Assembly (NCBI GenBank): GCA_963693365.1
Contig: CAVNZM010000008.1
Span: 5,356,310-5,420,309 of the forward strand
Source: Amoebidium appalachense
Lineage: Eukaryota; Protista; Ichthyosporea
DNA: 64,000 nt
Direction: 5' to 3'
This document shows, one piece after another, positions 39,414 to 61,574 of this stretch. The notes beneath the pieces were generated by a model. That model was not told the DNA's origin. It made no database searches and was given only the letters and a program-made list of their open reading frames with translations. Both the position numbers and the translations under genes were made by a program. The first letter of the stretch is position 1; each line of letters starts with the position of its first letter.

Positions 39414-41286
39414 ATGTCTACTGCTGACCAAGTCAAGCGCTCAGCCGATGAGGTGTGTGTCGTTTCCCGTGTGTGCGAATGTTAAGTGTGCACATGGGTG
39501 TGCGCGCGCGTGTGTGTGTGTATTTGTCTGGATGTGGCTGCGCGCACATGAGCTTGCCTGTGTGTTGCTGCTACTTCTTGATCCCTGTGTTTGGTTACAT
39601 GGTAGCGATGTCCGTCTGTGATTATGGTTTCACTCGCACACTGTCTGCAGTGATTGGAGTCCTGATCGTTTGCTTGCACATGGCATTCTTTTCTGTGCGT
39701 TTATGGACCACCTGACCTGTGTGTGTGTTCCCTGTAAATGTCAGCTCTTTGAACGTTCATTGACTCTCTTGCTCTTCTGAGCTTAGGGCGCCAACCCCAT
39801 AGTGTTTCATGGCACGATGTGGTTCCTTTGTGTAACTCTTCAAGATGCATTCGCCGCTCCTTTCTTTTCTTTCTTTCATTCTTTCTGGTCCCACTAACAC
39901 CCCTGTTTGTTCTTTCTAACCCAAAGCAAGACAAGGAGGAGCGCAAGCGCAAGCGGCGCAGTCGGTGGGGAGACGAGACGGAGAAAGTGGTGCTGCCGGG
40001 GCTAACCACCACCCTCCCCCCTAACCTGTCCAAAGAGCAGCAGGAGACGTATCTTCGTAAGTCCAGAACACCGGGCCTCTTTACTTCTTCAGATCTCTCA
40101 TGTTCTGTCCTTCCACTCCTTCCACTGCTCTCTCCCGCTTTTTTTTTGTGTCGTGTGCAATGTGCTTGGGTATTTTAGACGATACTTCTTGTATTTGTTC
40201 CCTTCTCCATCTTTTTGATGACCACAGCTTTCACTACCAGAATTTGCTCTTTTGTTGTCTAGTTCGCTTTAGTCCCCCCCTCCCCCCCGGCTCCCTTTCG
40301 CATGTGTTCGTACTCTCATCTGTGTCCCGTTCTCCGTTCTGAATTGTGGTTGGAATGCACCTCTGCACGATACTTTTCAGCCCCCTCCCCCTCCCCTTGC
40401 CCTTCCCCAACGGCCGCCGCCACCACCACCCTGCTCCTCCTGTTCCCAGCCCATCCTGCATGCTACCGTGGCTTAATTATTTTCAAACTATATGCATGAA
40501 TTTCTGCTCGTGCAGGTCAAGTATATGTCAATTCAGAGGAAGTGCAAAGTAAGGTTAAGACTAACCGAGGAAATGAATACTAATGCAAGGTGTGTGTATT
40601 GGACGATAAGTGGTTTAGTCATTCGTGGTTAATAGATTTTTTGTGGTACAAAGTGTTTGACGAGAACATAACTTCACAGTAACATTAACGGTTCTAACAC
40701 TAACAAACCCCAACAACTTCTATTAACGCTAACATAGTCTAACAACAACTTCTAATGCTAACATACTTTAATAATAATGACTTCTAACTTCTGACGTAGT
40801 CTAACATTTTCAACATCTAACTTCTAACATAGCCTAACAACAACCACTTACAACCCTAACGCCCATATAGCTCGTTGCGATTGTGTCGCCCGCGGGGCTT
40901 AGCTGTCGTATTTCACGCGTGAGTGCCCTATTTTTACCCTGGTTGTTGGTAACACACGTGCAAAAAACACGTATAATGCTTCATAATCTTGAAATGTGTC
41001 GAGTTCCCCCTCCTACAGAGGACTTTTTGAGCACGGATATGTGCGTTCAATATGTTGTGGTATTTGCAGAAGAATGGATTGGGGGGGGAAAAAAGTTTTG
41101 ATTTGAGGTGATGCCTAATCACAGGGTTTTGTGTGATAGCTACTGAAAGGTTTGTGTATGTCCCTGTACGCTGGGGTGGGCTTTCCCCCGAATCGGGTGC
41201 ATGGAGTGAGGGTGGGGGGTGGGGTATGATGAGTGGGGGTGAGGGGGGGGGGGGGGGGGGGGGGAGGAGAGAATGTGTGCGACGAA

Positions 41287-41326
<40 letters not shown>

Positions 41327-41486
41327 GAGGGGGGAGGGGGGGGAAGAATGAAAAAAAGATATGGGATGATGTTTGCAAGCAGCGAGTCCTGACGTACGGG
41401 GTCGGGTCACAGTGCATCTGCGTCTGGAGGAGGTGGGCCGTTTGCTCAAGAGGGATGATCTGGGTATCCCTCCAAGGCCCGAGGAC

Positions 41487-41531
<45 letters not shown>

Positions 41532-41868
41532 TTTGTGTTGAGGGGGGGAGGGGAAAGGGGGGGAAGGGAACTGGAGAGGTTGTGCACGTTTGTTTGTATG
41601 TGTGTGTGTGTGTGCGCGCGCGTGTGCGGCGTGTGCGATTATGTGTGCCTGCGTGATGGTGGTGGTGGTTGGGGAGGGGAGTAAGGGTGGAAGGCAGTGC
41701 ACGAGCACATCAAACACATGCATTTGCTGTGTACGCCCATACTTGCACGCGCGCATTTTGACTAGCCTCCCGCAATCGTGTGTTAAAGAAAATATCACAC
41801 GTATAGAAAGGGACAGCAAATGATCACTTTTGTGTTCTCGTATACACGCGCACACATGCATATGCACA

Positions 41869-41901
<33 letters not shown>

Positions 41902-42667
41902 CCATGACACAAAAAGAAAACAGACACCCATTTAATTTTTCATATGAGCAATTCAAGCAAACCATCACACACACGACGTTTAAGGGTCTGTTTTGAAAAC
42001 CAGAGTTGTGTACGGTCCATAAGTGGAGTATGTCATGTTTCTCTTTTCTCTAATATAGTGTTTCTCTTCCTTCTTTAATATAGCGTGTTGATGTTTTGGT
42101 TCTTCCCTCCCTTTCTGTTATGGTAGTTAAATGTTGTTTCTTTTCCTTTCCTAGTATGGAGTGTGTATGTTTTTTTCTTCTCTTCCTTCCTAAAATGGAG
42201 CCTGGTATGTTTTGTTTCTCATCCTTTTCTAATTCTTGTTTTGTCTTTCCACAGGTCTCCGTCCCCGGAGCCCATCTACGACAGCCAGGGCAAGCGCATG
42301 AACACGCGTGAGCAGCGCACACGGCGCAAGCTAGAGGATGAGAGGCACAACATTGTCGAGAGGCTGCAGAGGGTCAACCCGGCATACAGGCCCCCTGCTG
42401 GTACGTGTGGGGGTGTGTGTTTCGAACGAATAGCTCCATGTCTGAGTTGTGTTGGTCGCTGGAAAAGTGGGGAGGGGGTGGGGTTTGGGGGGGGGGGGGG
42501 GGGGGGGGGGGGAGGGGGGGCAGCCTTACACTTACTGGACTGCATGCAGCTGATTCATGGAACCCCCCCCCTTCTCCTCCCCCCGTTGGGAATGTTTGCC
42601 TCTACATGTCTTGCATTATGTTTCTTTCATGTAGTTTGTACCTCATACCGTGTCCCGCATTCTAACT

Positions 42668-42710
<43 letters not shown>

Positions 42711-42770
42711 CGCAAAAAAAAAAAAAAACAACAACACAAGCAACACGTAAAACGTAACACACAGGCACAT

Positions 42771-42832
<62 letters not shown>

Positions 42833-43009
42833 TACAAGCCCGAGAGGCGCAAGGCGCAGGACCGTGTGGACATACCCCAGGAGCAGCACCCGGAAGTCAA
42901 CTTTATCGGCATGCTGATTGGGCCCCGTGGCAACACCCTCAAGAAGATGGAGAAGGAGTCCGGCGCTAAGATCATGGTATGGCATTTTTGCTTTTCTTTT
43001 TCTCTTCCT

Positions 43010-43041
<32 letters not shown>

Positions 43042-43106
43042 TGAGTTCGTAGTGTGAAGAGTGGAGGGCTTTTTGGTGCTCCTTACTACTACCTCCCCCC
43101 CCCCCC

Positions 43107-43137
<31 letters not shown>

Positions 43138-44823
43138 ACACATACATCCTTATGCTTTTCTACACTAAACATACATAGGCCTTATGGGGAAAGAGCACGT
43201 GCCTGACCATGACACCCTCCTGAATCCTGCGTTTGTAGGCAAGCATACACCCCCCCCATATAAAATCCAACTCGGTTCTATGGATATGTTTGTGTGCAGC
43301 GGGCATTGTTTGACCGGCCTTCCGTGCCATCATCTCAATACCGTGTTTTACGGCATGTGTCGCGCCTGTGCGCGTGTGGGTCTGTGTATGATGAGCCGGC
43401 GTGTGTACGTGCACGCATGCATGTCTGTGTGTGTGTGTGTGTGATGTGCTGTATGTGCTGTTACAGTTGTTAACCAATGATATTCCCACCAGATCCGCGG
43501 CAAGGGCAGTGTGAAGGAGGGCAAGGGACGTCGTGATGGTCTGCCTGTGGCCGGGGAGGATGAGCCGCTGCACTGCATCGTCAATGGCCCAGATGAGATG
43601 ACCGTGGTCAAGGCCGTGAAACTGATCAAGGAGGTCATAAGGATGGTACGTGCGTGTATGGATAGACAGACACCTAGGCACAGATTTTGAAAGCTATCCA
43701 TGCACCCACATATACACATGCAGGCAGTAAGGGGCACTTAAAACACGCTACACGCATATGGGCACGCAGAGAGTGTGCACAGATTTTTAGACACACACAC
43801 ACACACACACGGACATACACCATTATAAATACCTTAACACACAAGGACATAGGGTACCTGAGGCATTAACCGTTTTCGCACCCGATCTATGCAATATCTC
43901 AGCTCCAAATAGAGATGAATGGGTACTTTCTTTTTGTCGGAGGAAGAATATAGTGTAAATCTTCAGTTTATAAAATAAAATAGCGCTTCCAGTCTAATTT
44001 ACTAGCAAAAACATGAAAAGCAAATGCTGTCAAGATCTCACCCATTGACCGAACACCTCGATCTTTACAGCTATTGGTTGCGTATCATATGTTTACCGTT
44101 GCCGGTTTGTGAATGATGGCTTTCACCTGCACCAGCGGTCGGCAGGATGTGATGTCGACAGAAGCTTATAATAATCACCTTCATCTAGAAAAAAGCAGGC
44201 AATCTAAATAAGTTATTACTTCAACTGTTCTTAAAGTTTTCTGATGGAGTAGAACATTTTGGAAGACCTTTTCCATGTGCTCCACTCGGGCACGCATGAA
44301 ATGTACACGAACGGAAATCCAAAATCTCGATGTCGACATTAGGGAACCAATCGAATTCAGTTCCCGTACTTACTTACGTCAGGACTGGATCTGACCAGAG
44401 CCAATGAAATCATCAGATCTGGTGTTCGGTTAATGGATGTGCGGTTGCAACATGGATCCACCCTACATGAATACAAACACAATAACACACACATACACGC
44501 ACATAAACATGCACAGATGCAGGCAGGAACACCCATGTGCCGACACACATATTACACACATGAGCACACGCACACACACATGTATGCACACACATCTGTG
44601 CAAACGCACAGGAACACACACACGAAAGCGATCACACACAACACGCACAGGTACTCACACACACACGAACACGAACACGGGCATGAGCACACAAAGACGA
44701 AACACACGCAAACACAAACACAAGAACACACAAACTGTTTTTGTACGAGGTGTGAGTGTGGCTGTTCTGCTGCATGGCACACGTACGCGCTTACAAGTAC
44801 ACACATGAGCGCACGTGCGGGCG

Positions 44824-44876
<53 letters not shown>

Positions 44877-45019
44877 CACACACACGCACGCACACATACA
44901 CACACGCTTGAATACACAGAGGTGCTTGACCCGCACGACACTGTATGTACATGGCGACACACGGTCGATGAAAGTACAAGACCATGTTTACTTCTCCGTC
45001 TTTTCTCACTTCCTGCCTA

Positions 45020-45088
<69 letters not shown>

Positions 45089-45244
45089 CCATCGAGTGCC
45101 CTGACAGCCAGAATGAGCTCAAGTCGCTCCAGCTGCGTGAGCTTGCCGCCCTCAACGGCACCCTGAGAGAGGAAGTGAGCATTGCCTGCACAAACTGCGG
45201 CTCCATAGAGCACAGGTATGAAATGGCGTTCTCCTCCTCCCCCT

Positions 45245-45278
<34 letters not shown>

Positions 45279-45971
45279 CCTCCCCCGGCATAGAATGGGC
45301 TGTTTACAACCCCCCAGCCCTCCCTCCCGCTATAGAAGTGGCTCTGTTTATGATGCGTCATCTTTCTGTGTAAGGGACCCTTTGTTGCGCTGTGTATTTC
45401 GTACTCAGCTAACCCGCATCCCCACCCCCACCCCGTCAACACACACACACCAGCAAGTGAGAGAGGGCTGATGGTTCGAAACACAGGCACTGCGAATGAT
45501 TTGGTCCTCCCTAAGGATGGCGTCTGTCGATGATGTGTGCGCTCTTCGTGTGCTTTAGCAGAATATGTACTTTGTTGTGCGTCGTGAATATGTTACCTCG
45601 CACTCTGCACTCCATTCTTAACACCCCCCCCCCCCCCCCACACACACACACCTTTAGGCATCCTACCCCCCCCCCCCCCCCCCCCTCCCCCCCCTCCCCC
45701 CCCCGTCCTCCTCCTCCCGTTTAGCATTCTAACCCCCCCCCCCCCCCCCCCCCCCTCCCCCAAACAGACACTGGCAGTGCCCCGAGAAGAAGAACCTTGT
45801 CAACAACATCATGTGCCACCTGTGTGGGGGGGCAGGCCACATTGCAAAGGACTGTCACATGCGCACGGGCATGGGTCCCCCTCGTCCCCCCGGCGCCCCT
45901 GCACCAGGGGGCCCCCCTGGCCCTGCTGGAGGGAAGGTGAGCTGTGTTTGTGTGGGTGGGTGGGTGGGTGT

Positions 45972-46004
<33 letters not shown>

Positions 46005-46039
46005 GGGGGGTGTGTGTGTGTTTGTGTGTGTGGGTAGGT

Positions 46040-46082
<43 letters not shown>

Positions 46083-46748
46083 GGGGGGGGGGGGGGGGGA
46101 GGGAGGGTGGGAGGGGTGGGTGTACGCGGATGTGTTGGTGTGTTTATGTGAGCCTGTATGCCCCGTTACTTCGTCTGTCTAGGTGCCTATGTCCGCCATG
46201 GTGCATGCTGCGTGGTTTTGGCACAACACTCGTACAACCCGTTCTCCCCCCTCCTCCCCCTCCCCCCCCCCTTCCTCTCTCTCTTGCAGAGTGCTGATAT
46301 TGCAAGATACAGCTTCTGTTTTTACATCCACAGCAACTAATCATTTGAACTCCTCCCTCCCTCCCCCCCCCCCCCCCCCCCCCCCCCCCGGCCTTTCCCA
46401 CTGCCCTTGCCTGCATAAGCAACCCTGCTCGTCTCTGATCAAGACGGGTGACCTACTCATGTTCAAGTGAAACAGTATCTGAGTTGGGTTTCGTTAACGA
46501 GGGGAATAGGTCGAAACTCGGGTACTGTGGATGACGTGGGCCCCCCCTGAGGATGGGCTCTGCTTATTATGCATACTCTTTATGTATGGCTTGCATTCTG
46601 CATCGTGTTATCCGTTTGTTCTTGTGTACTTCGTACTTTTTGACGCATTCAAACCCCCCCCCCCCCCCCCCCCCCTCTCCCCTCCCCTCTTCCCCTTCTT
46701 CCCCCGACCTGTACAAACACACTTTCATTTCCGGAAGCCCACGTGCAA

Positions 46749-46786
<38 letters not shown>

Positions 46787-47927
46787 GCACGCACGCACAC
46801 ACACACATACATACATACACGCACGCACGCATGCACGCACGCACGCACACGTACACACACACGCATACACACACAAGCACCTACACATACACGTACACAC
46901 GTACACACACACCCCTACACTTACACCCACACACACATACACACACGCACACGTACACACCCACACACACACACGCACAGATCGACAGCGAGTACCTGTC
47001 GTTCATGCAGGAGCTAGGTGAGGTGCCAGACGAGATCAAACCCGATGCAGCCAAACAGCAGCAGCAGCCTCAGCCCAACGACAGACGGCCATCGTCAGGC
47101 CCACTCCCACCATGGCAGCAGCAGGTGTGTGGATGGGTGGGTGGGTGGGTGGGTGGGTGGGTGGGTGGGTGGGTGGGTGGGTGGGTGGGTGGGTGGGTGG
47201 GTGGGTGGGTGTGGGTGGGTGGGTGGGTGGGTGGGTGGGCGGGCGGGCGGGCGGGTGGGTGGGTGGTGGTGTGTGTGTGTGGGGGGGGGGGGGGGGGGGG
47301 GGGTAGGGGGAGGGATGTGAAGTTTGAGTGGTGGAGGACGGGATTGGTTGATTGTTGTTTGTTTGGTCGGAGGCACCAAGGAGGAAGGAATGCAAACATC
47401 AAATGATCCCCACCCTCTTATTTGTCTTCATTCCTAACCCCCCCCCCCCCCCCCCCCCCCCCCCTCCCCCACCCACCCACCACCACCACCACCACAGCAG
47501 CAGCAGAATCGACCGCCCTGGGAGCAAGGACCCCCCCGTCCTCCCATGCGCAACCCCTGGGAGCAGCAAGCACCCCCCCAGGCCCAGGCCCCACCCCCCT
47601 GGGAGCGCAGCAACTCAAACCCCAACGTCCCCCCCTGGGAACGCAGGGACAGTGCCCCCCTTCCCCCTTGGCAACAGCAGCAAAATCAGCATGGAGCCCC
47701 CCAGCCCCCCCCCTGGCATGCCTCCTGGCCCACCTCCTTGGATGGCTGCCCCTCCTCCCGGCGCGGCGGGCGTCCCCCCTGCACCCTGGGGCGCCCCGCC
47801 CGGGGTTCCTCCCCCCGGGGCTCCCCCTGGCGCCATGCCTGTACCCCCTCCTTGGGGCGCTGCACCTCCCCCATGGGTATGTGACTGCTTAAATAACACC
47901 CCCCCCCCCCCCCCCCCCCCCCCCGCG

Positions 47928-47984
<57 letters not shown>

Positions 47985-48466
47985 ACACGCGCACACACGC
48001 GCGTGCACACCCTCACCCACTCCACTTGGTTTTCGTGGATTGAGCATGCATGAAGTTGTATTTCCAGTCGAGCTTAGTGTGAAAATAAGGTTTGCTGTAT
48101 GTGTCTGTGTATTGTGGTGGTGGTGGTGGTGGTGGTGGGTGGGTGGGTGGGGGTGGGGGGGGGGGAGAGAGGGGGAAGGGGGGGGGGGGGGGGGGGGGGG
48201 GGGAGGGGGGGGGGAAGGGGGGGGGGGGGGGGGGGGGGCTTAAGATGATTGTGTTTTTGCACTGGTGCTTTTTGTTGCTAACAGGGAGGGGTTGGCTTAA
48301 CTGTATATTATTGGTGTGATGCTTCGTCGGACGTGTAGGCACCCATCGTGGTGATGAAGTTATGTTTTGACTAACCATCTGCACATTCGCAACACATACA
48401 CACGTACATACCTGCACAAGCGACCTGGCTTATGCAAGCACGCACACACAACCTCACACACACACA

Positions 48467-48554
<88 letters not shown>

Positions 48555-48686
48555 CAGGGCATGCCCCCTCCTCCTCCCGGTATGGGCTACCCCCCGCCGC
48601 CACCGCCTGACCAGCCACCCCCACCACCACCCCCTTCGGAGCAACCACCCCCACCGCCACCACCCACTTCTTACCCGGGATACTGA
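39414..48686 (+). CDS. SF1: Splicing factor 1 / branchpoint-binding protein (ULM, KH-QUA2, two zinc knuckles, Pro-rich tail), 11 exons
   Basis: Exons 39414-39452, 39927-40056, 41413-41488, 42255-42400, 42831-42976, 43493-43644, 45088-45215, 45768-45936, 46981-47124, 47498-47876, 48558-48686. Motifs: [108 protein letters not shown]. One +1 shift in the C9 run at 47705-47713 (likely artefact). Confidence 0.97.
40684..40860 (+). promoter_or_regulatory. Cluster of branch-point-type CTAAC motifs (putative SF1-binding array) in SF1 intron 2
   Basis: CTAAC at 40694, 40700, 40729, 40739, 40758, 40784, 40801, 40817, 40824, 40834 and 40856, plus CTAAT 40752, CTGAC 40791 and TTAAC 40685/40723, all on the sense strand. 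Confidence 0.8.
40871..40918 (+). other. Candidate poison cassette exon of SF1 (in-frame TAG)
   Basis: Acceptor atatag at 40870, 10 nt after the last CTAAC; donor GTGAGT at 40919-40924. In the phase-1 SF1 frame it reads [10 protein letters not shown] (TAG 40900-40902). Confidence 0.6.
46418..46653 (+). repeat. Dispersed ~236-bp structured intronic repeat, copy B
   Basis: Matches the reverse complement of 30033-30268; lies in SF1 intron 8 and runs into a poly-C tract. Confidence 0.9.
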
Positions 48687-48888
48687 GCGTGGATGGGCAC
48701 TGCAGTGTGTAGCATAGAGATAGACGGATGATACTTTGGAGGGAATATGTGTGGGTGTGGGTGTGAGCACCGCCGAGTGTGGTTTGCCTAGTGTGACATG
48801 CTATTTATTACCTTAGTGTGGTTTACCATAAGTGGACAGATGTTCATTTCAAGCAGCAGTATTGTAGTTTGTGGATTTTTTTTTTTTT

Positions 48889-48919
<31 letters not shown>

Positions 48920-49391
48920 GGGGGGTGTCTTGCTTGGTACACATATGGTTTTCTGGTTTGGGTGATTTGACGGTCGATTTCATCGTGTTCTGTAATCGGA
49001 GAGGTGTGCTCTGCACGCTCAGGTATTACATCGTATAGGAACTTGTGTGGAACTCTGGTTTTTGTGGGCCGCGTTATTATCACTGAGTGCTAGTTGAATA
49101 GCAAGGACTCACTAATTAGTGTATATGTATCCGCATCTGACTTGGAATTCGGATCGTTGGGACCGAATATTCTTCTCTCTTGATGTGTCAGCAGTAATAA
49201 AACATCAGTACGAACTTTCTTAAAAAAAAAATTGTTGCTGCTAAAAACCTTTCCACCGCCGGTACCGTGCCTTTACCTCCGTGATTTCTGGTGGGTTTGT
49301 TTGTGCGCATGACTAATTTTAAATTTGGCCATTTAGGCAACGGTTTTTATTGGTTTGCCATACTTACACGGTGCAACGTTGAGCATGCTAA

Positions 49392-49409
49392 TACAGTCAC
49401 CGCTCGATA

Positions 49410-49459
<50 letters not shown>

Positions 49460-49610
49460 TCTGGTTACACTCCGGGGGGGTGTTATATCGTGGGCAACGC
49501 TGTATCGTAATAACGTGTCCAAATCCTGCGCATGCCGCAAAACGTCCCAGATCGGTGACATCGCGGGGGGGGGAGGGGGGGGGGCTATATATTGAAGGGG
49601 GCACTATATA
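49392..49610. mobile_element. Putative Tc1/pogo-type MITE remnant
   Basis: Left end ta|cagtcaccgctcgatataac at 49392-49413; inverted gttatatcgtgggcaacgctg|ta at 49482-49504; a second, degenerate inverted match ends near 49608. TA flanks fit Tc1/mariner target duplication. Confidence 0.45.
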
Positions 49611-50199
49611 TTAGGTTATTACGCGCGCCATGGCCGTACATGTTGCCAGGTCACAACCAGACGTCCTTTGAATTCGAATTTGCAAGTACATGTACATGCA
49701 GACATGTACAGCGGGCAGTATGCCCAGCTGATATCGATGGGTTAAACACCCCCCCCCCTGGGGCCGCGCACGAATTCATACTATACTAGCCTGTGGCACG
49801 GTGTATAGGTACCACCACTACGTGCACAGACCCACTCGTGGCCACGTGCACTTATCCGGCCCGTCCGGTTGCCCGGCCCGGCCCCGTATTCGTCACATTT
49901 GCAATCGACAATCGAAGGAATGTACGTAGCAGTGTAGTATGTGATTGATGAAACTATATTTATACATAAAATTTAATAATCGCTTGCCATTGGCCGTGAC
50001 TCACAGAGCCACCACACTCATATCTTTACGCCCGTCCATACGAACAGGACACGGCTACCTCGTTCTAGAGACCTCTATATGCCCCTCTGTACAACACATA
50101 TCCCCAGAGCATATTCTATTTGCTGGCTAGGGGAACGGATAGCAATCATAGTGCTGCTGCAAAGTATATACTTCTATCTGTTCAGTGTGGATAAACAGT

Positions 50200-50238
<39 letters not shown>

Positions 50239-50551
50239 ACCACCACCACCACCACCACCACCACATCTACCCACCCACCCACCGTCCACCACCACCTACT
50301 CCTGTGGGCGAGCGACTAAATTTTCGCACACGTTCGGGAACCGGAAGGACATTGAGTCATAGAAAAGCCATAGAAACTGGTTGCATACCTCTCAATGTCA
50401 CGATATCGAAGCACTTAACTGCTCTGCAACTCTTTCCATTCTGTTACTATATACTGCATGCCGTTTGATAAAAGAGAATGATAAAAATATAATTTCTAAT
50501 GTAAACCATTGGTTTTGAAGTTTTTAGAATATCTTCGGTGCTGCCTAAGCC

Positions 50552-61488
<10,937 letters not shown>

Positions 61489-61532
61489 TTTTCTCGGTCT
61501 ATTATAAAAATCACGATGGGGAGGAGAGGGAA

Positions 61533-61574
<42 letters not shown>

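Noticed and set aside
40684-40860. Interstitial telomeric repeat (CCCTAA-like)
   Set aside because: Only one ccctaac is present and spacing is irregular. The conserved unit is CTAAC, not a tandem hexamer.
46436-46560. Hammerhead ribozyme in the dispersed repeat (GAAAC-TCGG-GTA and CTGAGGA present)
   Set aside because: The core motifs could not be arranged with properly paired stems I and II in type I, II or III topology. At most a degenerate relic.
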